The notes under the pieces were generated by a model. That model saw only the letters and a list, made by a program, of their open reading frames with translations. It searched no databases and was not told the origin of the DNA. A stretch of 64,000 nucleotides of DNA from an uncultured Pelagibacteraceae bacterium (lineage in GTDB: Bacteria; Pseudomonadota; Alphaproteobacteria; Pelagibacterales; Pelagibacteraceae), in NCBI GenBank assembly GCA_902545635.1, contig CACCGT010000003.1:18416-82415 (forward strand), written 5' to 3'. How positions within the stretch are numbered: position 1 is the first letter of the stretch; each line of letters opens with the position of its first letter. Positions 21,223 to 30,562 of the stretch are shown in pieces. The translations under genes and the position numbers were made by a program.

Positions 21223-21970
21223 AAATAGAATTATACCTTGTCTGGATGTTAAAAATGGAAGAGTTGTAAAAGGTATAAACTTTGTTGATTTACAAGATGC
21301 AGGTGACCCAGTTGAACAGGCTAAAATTTATAGTGATGGTGGCGCAGATGAAATTTGTTTTTTAGATATCACAGCATCAAATGAAAATAGAGATACAATT
21401 TATGAAGTAGTTAAAGATACTTCTAAAAAATGTTTTGTACCTTTAACTGTTGGTGGTGGAGTTAGAAGTGTGGATGATATTAGCAAACTTTTGAACTGTG
21501 GGGCTGACAAGGTTTCAATTAATACAGCTGCAGTTCAAAACGCAGATGTTGTAGTTCAAAGTTCAAAAAAATTTGGATCACAATGTATTGTTGTTGCAAT
21601 TGATGCTAAGAAAAACGGAGAAAAATGGGAAGTTTTTACTCATGGGGGTCGAAACAATACTGGAATTGATGCATTAGAATTTGCAAAAAAGATGGAAGAT
21701 AGTGGAGCAGGTGAGTTATTGGTTACTTCAATGGATAGAGATGGAACTCAGGTTGGCTATGACATTGATCTGATGTCAAAAATATCATCTATGGTAAATA
21801 TACCTACAATAGCATCAGGTGGGGTTGGGGATCTTGATCATTTAGTTGATGGCATCAAATTAGGCAATGCTAGCGCGGTTTTAGCAGCATCCATATTTCA
21901 CTACGGTAAATATTCTGTGAAAGAAGCTAAAGAATATCTGGACTCAAAAGGTATACCTGTTAGGATTTGA
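21215..21970 (+). CDS. hisF: IGP synthase cyclase subunit
   Basis: [35 protein letters not shown]. Confidence 0.98.
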   Translation: MLKNRIIPCLDVKNGRVVKGINFVDLQDAGDPVEQAKIYSDGGADEICFLDITASNENRDTIYEVVKDTSKKCFVPLTVGGGVRSVDDISKLLNCGADKVSINTAAVQNADVVVQSSKKFGSQCIVVAIDAKKNGEKWEVFTHGGRNNTGIDALEFAKKMEDSGAGELLVTSMDRDGTQVGYDIDLMSKISSMVNIPTIASGGVGDLDHLVDGIKLGNASAVLAASIFHYGKYSVKEAKEYLDSKGIPVRI

Positions 21971-21971
21971 G

Positions 21972-22244
21972 ATGCTAAATACCCTAGAAAGTCTATTTAA
22001 ACTTGCAAGAGAAAGAAAATCTTCACCAGTTGAAGGTTCTTATACCAATAAACTTTTGAGTGATAAATCTTTGAGCAAAGCAAAAGTGCTTGAAGAGATA
22101 AATGAACTTATTGAGTCGGTTGAAGAAGATTCTAATAAAATACATGAAGCAGCTGATGTATTTTATCATTTAATAATGTACCTTGAGGCAAATAATATAA
22201 AAATTGAAGATGTAATGAGCGAATTAGATAAAAGAAAAAAATGA
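21972..22244 (+). CDS. hisE: Phosphoribosyl-ATP pyrophosphatase
   Basis: SYT..L, KVLEE, EAADVFYH. Confidence 0.93.
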   Translation: MLNTLESLFKLARERKSSPVEGSYTNKLLSDKSLSKAKVLEEINELIESVEEDSNKIHEAADVFYHLIMYLEANNIKIEDVMSELDKRKK

Positions 22245-23179
22245 GCCATAAATTTTATAAACCTGCAAGATCAAGATTACAAAGAAGTGAATTAGCTGTT
22301 CCAGGCTCTTCACCAAAAATGTTTGAGAAAGCTTTAAGTTCACCAGCTGATTATGTTTTTCTAGATTTAGAGGATGCAGTTTCTCCCAATGATAAAATTT
22401 CTTCTAGAGCAAATGTTATTAAAGCTTTAAATGAAATGAATTGGAGAGGTAGTGGCAAAACTATTTCTGTGAGAATAAATAGTTTAGATACACATTATAT
22501 GTACTCTGATTTGATCGAAATAGTTGAACAAGCTGGAGAAAATGTAGATACAATTTTAGTTCCAAAAGCTGGTACTGCGAGCGATGTTTATATGGTTGAT
22601 TGTTTATTAACTCAGATTGAAACAAACAAAAAATTAAAAAATAAAATTGGAATTGAATGTTTAATTGAAACTGCATTAGGGATGTCAAATATAAAAGAAA
22701 TCGCAACTTCTAGTGAAAGACTTGAGGCATTGCATTTTGGTGTTGCAGATTATGCAGCAAGTTTAAGAGCAAGAACAACTGTCATAGGTGGTCTTAACGA
22801 AAACTATCCTGGAGATCAATGGCACCATGGATTATCAGAATTAGTAATGACATGTAGAGCTTATGGACTTAGAGCGATTGATGGACCATTTGGAGATTTT
22901 AATGATCCAGATGCCTATACTGCTGCTGCTAAAAGAGGAGCTGCAATTGGTATTGAGGGTAAATGGGCCATCCATCCATCTCAAATTGAGCTTGCAAATA
23001 AAGTATACTCTCCTCCTGAGGCAGAGGTTACTAAGGCTAAAAGGATCCTAGAAGAACTAGAAAAGGCTGCAAATGAAGGAAAAGGAGCTGCTCAGCTTGA
23101 TGGACGGATGATTGATGCTGCATCAGCACGAATGGCTGAAAATATTGTAAACATCGATAAGTTAATCCATAATAAATAA
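22241..23179 (+). CDS. mcl: L-malyl-CoA/beta-methylmalyl-CoA lyase (CitE superfamily)
   Basis: RLQRSELAVPGS, FLDLEDAV, RINSLDTHYMY, LIETALG, FGVADYAAS.RAR, DGPFGDF, GKWAIHPSQI; closely resembles methylotroph/Rhodobacter Mcl and sits next to mtkAB. Confidence 0.85.
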   Translation: MSHKFYKPARSRLQRSELAVPGSSPKMFEKALSSPADYVFLDLEDAVSPNDKISSRANVIKALNEMNWRGSGKTISVRINSLDTHYMYSDLIEIVEQAGENVDTILVPKAGTASDVYMVDCLLTQIETNKKLKNKIGIECLIETALGMSNIKEIATSSERLEALHFGVADYAASLRARTTVIGGLNENYPGDQWHHGLSELVMTCRAYGLRAIDGPFGDFNDPDAYTAAAKRGAAIGIEGKWAIHPSQIELANKVYSPPEAEVTKAKRILEELEKAANEGKGAAQLDGRMIDAASARMAENIVNIDKLIHNK

Positions 23180-23187
23180 ATAAAATT

Positions 23188-24351
23188 ATGGATATTCACG
23201 AATACCAAGCAAAAAAAATACTTTCAGATTTTGGAGTAACGATTCCAAGGGGTGGAATTGTGTACAGTCCAGAGAATGCCGAGAATAAAGCAAGAGAGAT
23301 TGGTGGATCTAGATGGGTAGTTAAAGCTCAAATTCATTCAGGTGCTAGAGGAAAAGCTGGTGGAATAATAGTTTGTGATAGTCCATTGGAAGTTGCCCAA
23401 GCAACAGACAAACTACTTGGAAAAAAATTAGTGACAAACCAAACAGGCCCTGAAGGTAAAATAGTAAATAGAATTTATATTGAAGAAGCGACAGATATTG
23501 AGCGAGAACTTTACCTTGGTCTTGTTTTTGATAGAAGTTCAGAAAGCATTATGGTTGTTGCATCAACAGAAGGTGGTATGAGTGTTGAAGAAATTTCAAA
23601 AGAAAAACCAGAAACTATAATTAGATCAAAAATTGAAGTTGCTGTTGGAATGCAAAGTTTTCAGGCTAGAGAATTAGCATTTGGTTTAGGAATTGAACCT
23701 GATTTAATTAGAAGAGCATCTGAAACTATTATTGGATGCTACAAAGCATTTAGTGAACTGGATGCTACAATGGTAGAAGTCAATCCGTTGGTAATTTCAA
23801 AACAAAAACAAATCTTGGCTTTGGATTGTAAAATGAGTTTTGACAACAACGCAATGTTTAGAAGAAACCAAGTTTCAGAACTTAGAGATAAGACACAAGA
23901 GGACTCAAAAGAGGTTTTTGCATCTGATAGAGGGTTGAACTATGTAAGTTTAGATGGAAACATTGGTAATATTATTAATGGTGCTGGATTAGCAATGGCA
24001 TCCATGGACATGATAAAACTAGCTGGTGGAAGTCCTGCTAATTTTTTAGATGTGGGTGGTGGAGCTACTCCAGAAAAAATAGTTAAAGCATTTAAGTTAG
24101 TTACAATGGATGAAAAAGTAAAAGTAATTTTAGTAAATATATTTGCTGGTATAAACAGATGTGATTGGGTAGCAGAAGGAATAGTAGAAGCTCTTAAAAA
24201 AATAGAAGTTAATGTTCCATTGGTTATTAGATTAGCAGGTACAAATGTTGAAAAAGGAAATCAAATTTTAAAAGAGAGTAAGATAAATTATATTGAGGCA
24301 AACACTTTAGAGGATGCAGCTAATAAAGCGGTTGCAGCGCTGAAAAAATAG
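23188..24351 (+). CDS. mtkA: Malate-CoA ligase (malate thiokinase) beta subunit
   Basis: SucC-like fold with Mtk-type signatures MDIHEYQAK, KAQIHSGARGKAGG, NIFAGINRCDWVAEG (SucC typically has NIFGGI.RCD). Confidence 0.82.
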   Translation: MDIHEYQAKKILSDFGVTIPRGGIVYSPENAENKAREIGGSRWVVKAQIHSGARGKAGGIIVCDSPLEVAQATDKLLGKKLVTNQTGPEGKIVNRIYIEEATDIERELYLGLVFDRSSESIMVVASTEGGMSVEEISKEKPETIIRSKIEVAVGMQSFQARELAFGLGIEPDLIRRASETIIGCYKAFSELDATMVEVNPLVISKQKQILALDCKMSFDNNAMFRRNQVSELRDKTQEDSKEVFASDRGLNYVSLDGNIGNIINGAGLAMASMDMIKLAGGSPANFLDVGGGATPEKIVKAFKLVTMDEKVKVILVNIFAGINRCDWVAEGIVEALKKIEVNVPLVIRLAGTNVEKGNQILKESKINYIEANTLEDAANKAVAALKK

Positions 24352-24354
24352 ATA

Positions 24355-25242
24355 ATGACAGTATTAATTGACAAAAACAGTAAGATTATTATTCAAGGTT
24401 TTACAGGAAAAATGGGCTCTTTTCATGCAGACGAGATGATTAAGTATGGTTCTAATGTCGTTGGTGGAGTTACTCCAGGAAAGGGTGGCTCTATGCATCT
24501 AAATCTGCCAGTGTTTAATACAGTTAAAGATGCAGTAAGCGAAACTGGAGCAGATGCATCAATTTTATTTGTACCACCAGCTTTTGCAGCTGACTCGGCA
24601 ATGGAAGCTGCTGATGCTGGTATTAAAACGTGTGTAGCTATTGTTGATGGAATTCCATCTCACGACATGATCAGAATAAAAAGATACATGAGAAGGTATA
24701 CTAAAAGTTCTAAAATGACTTTAGTTGGACCTAATTGCGCAGGAATTATAAGTCCAGGAAAATCAATGTTGGGTATTATGCCAGGACATATTTATAAAGA
24801 GGGAAGAGTTGGTATTATAAGTAGATCAGGAACATTAGGATATGAAGCTGCTCAACAACTTAAAAATTTAAATATTGGAGTTTCAACAAGTGTTGGAATA
24901 GGTGGAGATCCAATAAATGGAAGTTCATTTAGAGATATAATTGAAAAGTTTGAAACTGATGATGAAACTGATGCAATTTTAATGATTGGTGAGATTGGTG
25001 GTCCACAAGAAGTGGCGGCGGGTGAGTTTGCTAAAGAAAATATGAAAAAACCAGTCATAGCCTATATAGCTGGTCTGACTGCTCCAAAAGGCAGAGTAAT
25101 GGGTCATGCTGGAGCAATAGTTTCAGCTTATGGTGAAAGTGCAATAGAAAAAGTTGAAATTTTAAAAGAGTGTGGAATTACAATTTCAAAAAATCCATCT
25201 GTTATGGGAGACACAGTAAAATCAGTTTTAGAAAATATGTAA
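24355..25242 (+). CDS. mtkB: Malate-CoA ligase alpha subunit
   Basis: SucD-like with DGIP.HDMIRIKRYMRRY, GPNCAGIISPGKSMLGIMPGHIY, phospho-His MGHAGA. Confidence 0.82.
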   Translation: MTVLIDKNSKIIIQGFTGKMGSFHADEMIKYGSNVVGGVTPGKGGSMHLNLPVFNTVKDAVSETGADASILFVPPAFAADSAMEAADAGIKTCVAIVDGIPSHDMIRIKRYMRRYTKSSKMTLVGPNCAGIISPGKSMLGIMPGHIYKEGRVGIISRSGTLGYEAAQQLKNLNIGVSTSVGIGGDPINGSSFRDIIEKFETDDETDAILMIGEIGGPQEVAAGEFAKENMKKPVIAYIAGLTAPKGRVMGHAGAIVSAYGESAIEKVEILKECGITISKNPSVMGDTVKSVLENM

Positions 25243-25244
25243 TT

Positions 25245-25610
25245 ATGAGTTACGACGATAATAATATATTTGCTAAAATACTAAGAAAAGAGATACCTTG
25301 CAATAAAATTTATGAAGATGAGTTTGTTTTATCTTTTCATGATATAAATCCACAAAAAAAAATTCATGCTTTAGTTATTCCAAAAGGTAAATATGTCGAT
25401 CTAGATGACTTTAGCCAAAATGCATCGTCTGAAGAAATTGTTGGATTGCTAAAAGGTATTAACACTGTTGCAAAAAAATTAAATATATCTGTTGATACTG
25501 GTAAAGGATATAGAGCGTTAGCAAATATAAGTGAGGATGGCGGACAAGAGGTTCCACATTTACATTTCCATTTGTTTGGTGGAGAGAAAATTGGAAAAAT
25601 GGTCTCGTGA
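25245..25610 (+). CDS. HIT-family nucleotide-binding protein
   Basis: Start re-placed to ATG 25245 (MSYDDNNIFAKI); GQEVPHLHFHL triad. Confidence 0.93.
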   Translation: MSYDDNNIFAKILRKEIPCNKIYEDEFVLSFHDINPQKKIHALVIPKGKYVDLDDFSQNASSEEIVGLLKGINTVAKKLNISVDTGKGYRALANISEDGGQEVPHLHFHLFGGEKIGKMVS

Positions 25611-26119
25611 TAATTAACGTAGACAGAAGTTTCTTAGAAATTAATTCGATAAAAAAACTTAATCGATCAAAGAGCCCAGGCCCAAACTTCAAAATTTATC
25701 AATTAGATCCACCTGATTTTCAACTAAACAAATTTTTTTATAAACAAATTGGAAAAAAATACAGATGGATAGATAGATTGGCATGGGATGACAAAAAATG
25801 GATCGAATATGTTGAAAATCCAAGGGTAAAAACCTTTGTTTTAAAGGAAAATAACAACTTGGTAGGATTTTATGAAACCGTTCGTGATTTTGATAATGGT
25901 CACTCAGAAATAGCATATTTTGGCATCTTAGAAGAGTACTTTGGGAAAAAATGTGGAGGATATTTACTATCTGAGGCAATTAAAAAGTTATTTGAAGATG
26001 GAATATCTAGAGTTTGGTTACACACTTGTTCATTAGATCATAAAAATGCAATCAAAAACTACCTAGCTAGAGGTATGCAGATATTTAAATCAGAAAAAAT
26101 AAATGTTGACGTTAATTAG
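25607..26119 (+). CDS. GNAT-family N-acetyltransferase
   Basis: EIAYFGI.EEYFGKKCGG, RVWLHTCSLDH..A..NY..RG. Confidence 0.88.
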   Translation: MIINVDRSFLEINSIKKLNRSKSPGPNFKIYQLDPPDFQLNKFFYKQIGKKYRWIDRLAWDDKKWIEYVENPRVKTFVLKENNNLVGFYETVRDFDNGHSEIAYFGILEEYFGKKCGGYLLSEAIKKLFEDGISRVWLHTCSLDHKNAIKNYLARGMQIFKSEKINVDVN

Positions 26120-26672
26120 TATAATTTTGTATTGAAAATAATTTTTCTTCAACATCAATATTAATACTAATATCACTCAAAAAGGTTTGGATCAGGTTTT
26201 GGTATATATCTTTAGTTTCCCAACCAATTAAATCCAAACTTTCTTTATCAAAAAAAACTTTAATTAGGTTATTTTCATATTCAAAATTAAAAACATAATA
26301 AAAAGGATAATTTTTATCATCTTTTACCTCTTTCATTTTTGAAATTAAGAACTTTTTATCGAGAATAAAATTTAATGGTGTTTTATCTAGTGGATATCTA
26401 TAGTAATTTTTTATTTTATCTGAATTTATAACTAGAGATTTACCATTTGAAACTAATATTTTGTTATATATATCATAATATTCACAATAAATTCTTTTTG
26501 GGTATAAAATTATACACTCTCCTTTTTCAATATTATTATTATCTATTTTTTGAATAAATTTGAATTTTAAAGAATATATGTATTCTAAATAGTTTATAAT
26601 TTTTTGATTTGGAGAACTTTGTGCATTTATATTAAAAAAAAAAATCAAACTAAAGATTATATATTTTATCAT
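26112..26672 (-). CDS. lolA: Outer-membrane lipoprotein carrier LolA
   Basis: Signal peptide, FIQ, ILVSNGK, YPLDKTPL; directly downstream of ftsK. Confidence 0.8.
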   Translation of the reverse strand: MIKYIIFSLIFFFNINAQSSPNQKIINYLEYIYSLKFKFIQKIDNNNIEKGECIILYPKRIYCEYYDIYNKILVSNGKSLVINSDKIKNYYRYPLDKTPLNFILDKKFLISKMKEVKDDKNYPFYYVFNFEYENNLIKVFFDKESLDLIGWETKDIYQNLIQTFLSDISINIDVEEKLFSIQNYTN

Positions 26673-28756
26673 TTAAGCACTTCTCTTTTACCTACATGAT
26701 TTGCTGGGCTGACTTCTCCATTTGCTTCCATTTGATCTACTATTCTAGCTGCTCTATTGTAACCAATTTGTAGTTTTCTTTGTAAAAAAGATGTTGATGC
26801 TTTTCTTTCAGATTTTACAATTTCAAGAGCTGTATTATATAATTCATCTAGATTTTCTTTATCGCTTGTACCACTAGAGCTTTCTTTTTCATCAACAAAA
26901 TTCATAATTTCATCAACGTAATCTGGTTCAGCTTGGTTCCTTAGAAAGTTATTTATTTTCTCAATTTCTCCCTCTGATACAAAAGGGGCATGAATTCTTG
27001 TCATTCTATTTGCTGAAGTCATATAGAGCATATCTCCCTTACCAAGCAGTTGCTCAGCGCCTTGTTCGCCGAGAATTGTTCTACTATCTATTTTAGATGT
27101 AACTTGAAAAGATATTCTAGTAGGAAAGTTAGCTTTAATTGTTCCAGTAATGACATCAACACTTGGTCGCTGCGTTGCCATTATAATATGTATACCTGCT
27201 GCTCTAGCCATTTGTGACAATTTTTGAATATAGTTCTCTATATCCTTGCCAGCGACTAACATAAGATCTGACATTTCATCAACAATAACAACTATATAAG
27301 GCATAGAAATCTTATGCTTTTCATTGTAACCATCTATATTTCTTACACCTACTTTAGTCATAAGTTTGTAACGATTTTCCATTTCTTTAACTACCCACCC
27401 TAAAACAGATGCAGCTCTTTTGGCTTCAGTTATGACAGGGCATAATAAATGTGGAATTCCCTCGTAAGTAGATAGTTCCAACATTTTTGGATCAATTAAG
27501 ATAAATTTACATTTCTCCGGAGAGTGTTTGTACAAAAGTGATAAAATAATTGTATTTATACAAACTGATTTTCCTGATCCTGTCGTACCAGCTATAAGCA
27601 AATGAGGCATTGTGCTTAGATCGCCTGTTATTGGTAATCCGGAAATACTTTTGCCAAGAGCTATGGGGAGTTTTGTATCTTTTTTTTTATAACTAGGGTC
27701 TGAGATTATTTCACTTAAAAAAACATTCTCTCTTAGTGGTTTAGGTAATTCAATACCTATAGTATTACTTCCGGGTATTGTTGCAATTCTAGCTGACTCA
27801 GAACTCGTATTTCTAGCGATATCCTCTGAAAGATTTATTATTTTAGATACTTTTACCCCAGGAGCAGGTTCGAACTCATACAACGTCACAACGGGACCCT
27901 GACTAACTTTTTTTATTTCTCCCTCAACACCAAAGTCTAATAAAATTTTCTCTAAAATTTTTTCGTCAATTTTATTATCAGATAAATTTTTATCTTTTTT
28001 TGCTGGAGTTTTTAAAAAATCAATTGCTGGTAACTTATATTTTATAATTCCTTTTTCAGATGAGGATGGTTTTTTATCGAATGAGAAGTTTTCTTGAATT
28101 CTATTTTCATTTTTAACATAATCATTTTCACTTATTACATTTTCTTCATAATGATCAATGATATTATTGTTTGGTATTTTTTTAGATTTTATAAAAATTT
28201 TAATGACATAGCCCAGATATTTAAACTTAAAATTAATACTCAAAAGAAAAAAACATGTTATTAAAAAAATTAAAATTACATAACTTATTCGATAGTTTAA
28301 ATTTATTAGATTAATTAAAAAAGTTCCTTCAAATAAATTGCCAACAAATCCATTATTACCATTAATTGTAAGCCAAAATGTTTCAGTATGGAAAGCTGTA
28401 AAAAATAATGTTCCTACTAGCGAGTATAATATTGTAAAAAATAAACTTTCAAGGATATGTAAAATTTTTTTATCAATTATTACCAATAAAGATACAAGAA
28501 TAAACGAGAATGGCACTAATAATGATATTAGGCCCACTGACTGAAATAATAAATCAGAAATATAGCTACCTTTTGCTCCTAAAAGATTATTCATTTCAGT
28601 ATTTTCAGGGAAAATAAAGTTAGGATCTTCAGGGGAATAACTAATTAGAGAAAGAAAAAGTAATATGGATAAAACTAGCAAAGTAAAACCCACTAGTTCA
28701 GATAATCTATTTAAGAGAAAATTGGTAGTTTTATCTATGAAATTTTTAATTTTCAT
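26669..28756 (-). CDS. ftsK: DNA translocase FtsK
   Basis: N-terminal TMs, PHLLIAGTTGSGKS, IDPKMLEL, ARAAGIH, gamma domain LQIGYNRAAR. Confidence 0.98.
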   Translation of the reverse strand: MKIKNFIDKTTNFLLNRLSELVGFTLLVLSILLFLSLISYSPEDPNFIFPENTEMNNLLGAKGSYISDLLFQSVGLISLLVPFSFILVSLLVIIDKKILHILESLFFTILYSLVGTLFFTAFHTETFWLTINGNNGFVGNLFEGTFLINLINLNYRISYVILIFLITCFFLLSINFKFKYLGYVIKIFIKSKKIPNNNIIDHYEENVISENDYVKNENRIQENFSFDKKPSSSEKGIIKYKLPAIDFLKTPAKKDKNLSDNKIDEKILEKILLDFGVEGEIKKVSQGPVVTLYEFEPAPGVKVSKIINLSEDIARNTSSESARIATIPGSNTIGIELPKPLRENVFLSEIISDPSYKKKDTKLPIALGKSISGLPITGDLSTMPHLLIAGTTGSGKSVCINTIILSLLYKHSPEKCKFILIDPKMLELSTYEGIPHLLCPVITEAKRAASVLGWVVKEMENRYKLMTKVGVRNIDGYNEKHKISMPYIVVIVDEMSDLMLVAGKDIENYIQKLSQMARAAGIHIIMATQRPSVDVITGTIKANFPTRISFQVTSKIDSRTILGEQGAEQLLGKGDMLYMTSANRMTRIHAPFVSEGEIEKINNFLRNQAEPDYVDEIMNFVDEKESSSGTSDKENLDELYNTALEIVKSERKASTSFLQRKLQIGYNRAARIVDQMEANGEVSPANHVGKREVLK

Positions 28757-28819
28757 TTTGTTTTTAATGATTTGTCACTTTGTATCATTTAATTTTTATT
28801 GATAAAATTAAATAATATT

Positions 28820-29881
28820 ATGAATATTTGTTTATTAGGAAATAATTTAACTAATCTTGTTTTAGCCAAAATTTTAATTAAAAAAAACATTAATGTTGAT
28901 GTTATTTCGCAAACACAAAAATCAATATTCAAAAATTCAATTAGAACAATAGCTATTTCAAGTGAAAACTATAAATTTTTAAAAGAAAATATTAAAGGTC
29001 TGAACAATTTGGGTTGGCCAACACAAAAGATCAAAATTTATTCTGAAAAGAATAGTTCACAAGAATTATTTGAGTTCAAAAATAGAAATCAAAATAATTT
29101 TTATTTATTCAAATATTTTGATTTATACAATTTAGTAAAAAAAAATAAATTTTTAAAATTTATTAAACTGAAAAATTATAATTTTGAAACAATTAAAAAA
29201 AAAAATTATAATTTAATCATTAACTCTGATCAAAGTAGTCCATTAACAAAAAAATATTTTCATAAAAAGATAGAAAAAAATTATAAATCCATAGCTCACA
29301 CAGCAATAATAAATCATAAAAAAAATGAGAATAATGTTGCAATGCAAATTTTTACAAGAAATGGACCATTAGCATTCCTTCCTTTATCAAATAATCAAAC
29401 ATCAATAGTATTTTCTAATAATTCTACAAATTTGATTGATAAAAAAAATTTTCTCAACATTATTGATAAATACAACAATAAATATGAAATAAAGAATATT
29501 AGCAATGTGGAGTCTTTCAATATTAAATTTATGATTTTAAGGGAATATATTTATAAAAATATTTTATCATTTGGAGATTTAATCCATAGAGTTCATCCTT
29601 TAGCAGGACAAGGTTTCAATATGACAATAAGAGATATTAAATCTTTATCTCAAATTTTAGAGGATAATATTAAACTAGGAATTAATGATGGAGAAATAAT
29701 TGCTAGTAAATTTCAGGAAAAAAATAAACATGTAAATTTTATTTACGGATTTGGTATTGATACATTAAATTCCTTTTTTCAACTCGATAACAAGCTTAAA
29801 AATAAATTATCTGATCCTATTTTTAAGATTTTAAAAGGAAATAAATTATTGAATAAGTATTCGATATATTTATCTGATTAA
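28820..29881 (+). CDS. UbiH/UbiF-type FAD-dependent monooxygenase
   Basis: Likely ATG at 28820; GPLAFLP, GDLIHRVHPLAGQGFNMTIRD. Confidence 0.8.
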   Translation: MNICLLGNNLTNLVLAKILIKKNINVDVISQTQKSIFKNSIRTIAISSENYKFLKENIKGLNNLGWPTQKIKIYSEKNSSQELFEFKNRNQNNFYLFKYFDLYNLVKKNKFLKFIKLKNYNFETIKKKNYNLIINSDQSSPLTKKYFHKKIEKNYKSIAHTAIINHKKNENNVAMQIFTRNGPLAFLPLSNNQTSIVFSNNSTNLIDKKNFLNIIDKYNNKYEIKNISNVESFNIKFMILREYIYKNILSFGDLIHRVHPLAGQGFNMTIRDIKSLSQILEDNIKLGINDGEIIASKFQEKNKHVNFIYGFGIDTLNSFFQLDNKLKNKLSDPIFKILKGNKLLNKYSIYLSD

Positions 29882-29894
29882 TTTGAGTAAACTT

Positions 29895-30536
29895 TTATTG
29901 TAAAGTTTTATTATTATAATTATCTAAAATATAAGTATTTAGGATTTCTTCCAATTTTTCTTTTCTTACATTTAAATCTTTGCTCTCTAGTAAGACTTGT
30001 TTTTCTTCTAGTGAAAATGGGGAGGCCATAGACAAAGTATTTATAGTTTGATCTAAACTTTGTTTTTCTATTTCTTTCCAATTAATCTCATAACCTTGTT
30101 TTTTGAAAAGCCCTTTTAAATTTTGAAATATCAATTTTAAATCTGAAAATTTTATTTCATCTGGTTTTTCTTCTAAATCATTGAAAAAATCGTCATATTT
30201 CACATCACACTCTCTAAATAAATTTGAATTATCAACTTCGTTAATAATTTTAAATCTGCAAATTCCACTCAAGATAATTAAATATCTTCCATCATCAGTT
30301 TCATTAAAGCTTGTTATTTTTCCAGCGCATCCAACATCGTGTAAGTCAGGTTTTTTAAGTTCACCTGTTTTTTTAGGCTGAACCATTCCAATAATCCTAT
30401 TACTTTGCATACTTTGATCTATCATTTGAATATATCTTGGTTCAAAAATGTTTAATGGGACTGTTGTTCTGGGAAAAATAATGAAATTTGATAAAGGAAA
30501 AACTGGCAAAATATTAGGAAGATCTTCTTTTTTCAT
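29895..30536 (-). CDS. Lon protease substrate-binding (N-terminal) domain protein
   Basis: LPVFPL, PLNIFEPRY, GCAGKI, DGRY; start re-placed to ATG 30536 to avoid overlapping the divergent gene. Confidence 0.9.
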   Translation of the reverse strand: MKKEDLPNILPVFPLSNFIIFPRTTVPLNIFEPRYIQMIDQSMQSNRIIGMVQPKKTGELKKPDLHDVGCAGKITSFNETDDGRYLIILSGICRFKIINEVDNSNLFRECDVKYDDFFNDLEEKPDEIKFSDLKLIFQNLKGLFKKQGYEINWKEIEKQSLDQTINTLSMASPFSLEEKQVLLESKDLNVRKEKLEEILNTYILDNYNNKTLQ

Positions 30537-30562
30537 AATATTTAAATTATAACACATAGTCG

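Noticed and set aside
23188-25242. Calling the ligase pair sucCD
   Set aside because: Mtk-type signatures, adjacency to mcl and no mdh/sucAB context.
25170-25244. N-terminal extension of the HIT ORF
   Set aside because: Overlaps mtkB; family similarity begins at ATG 25245.
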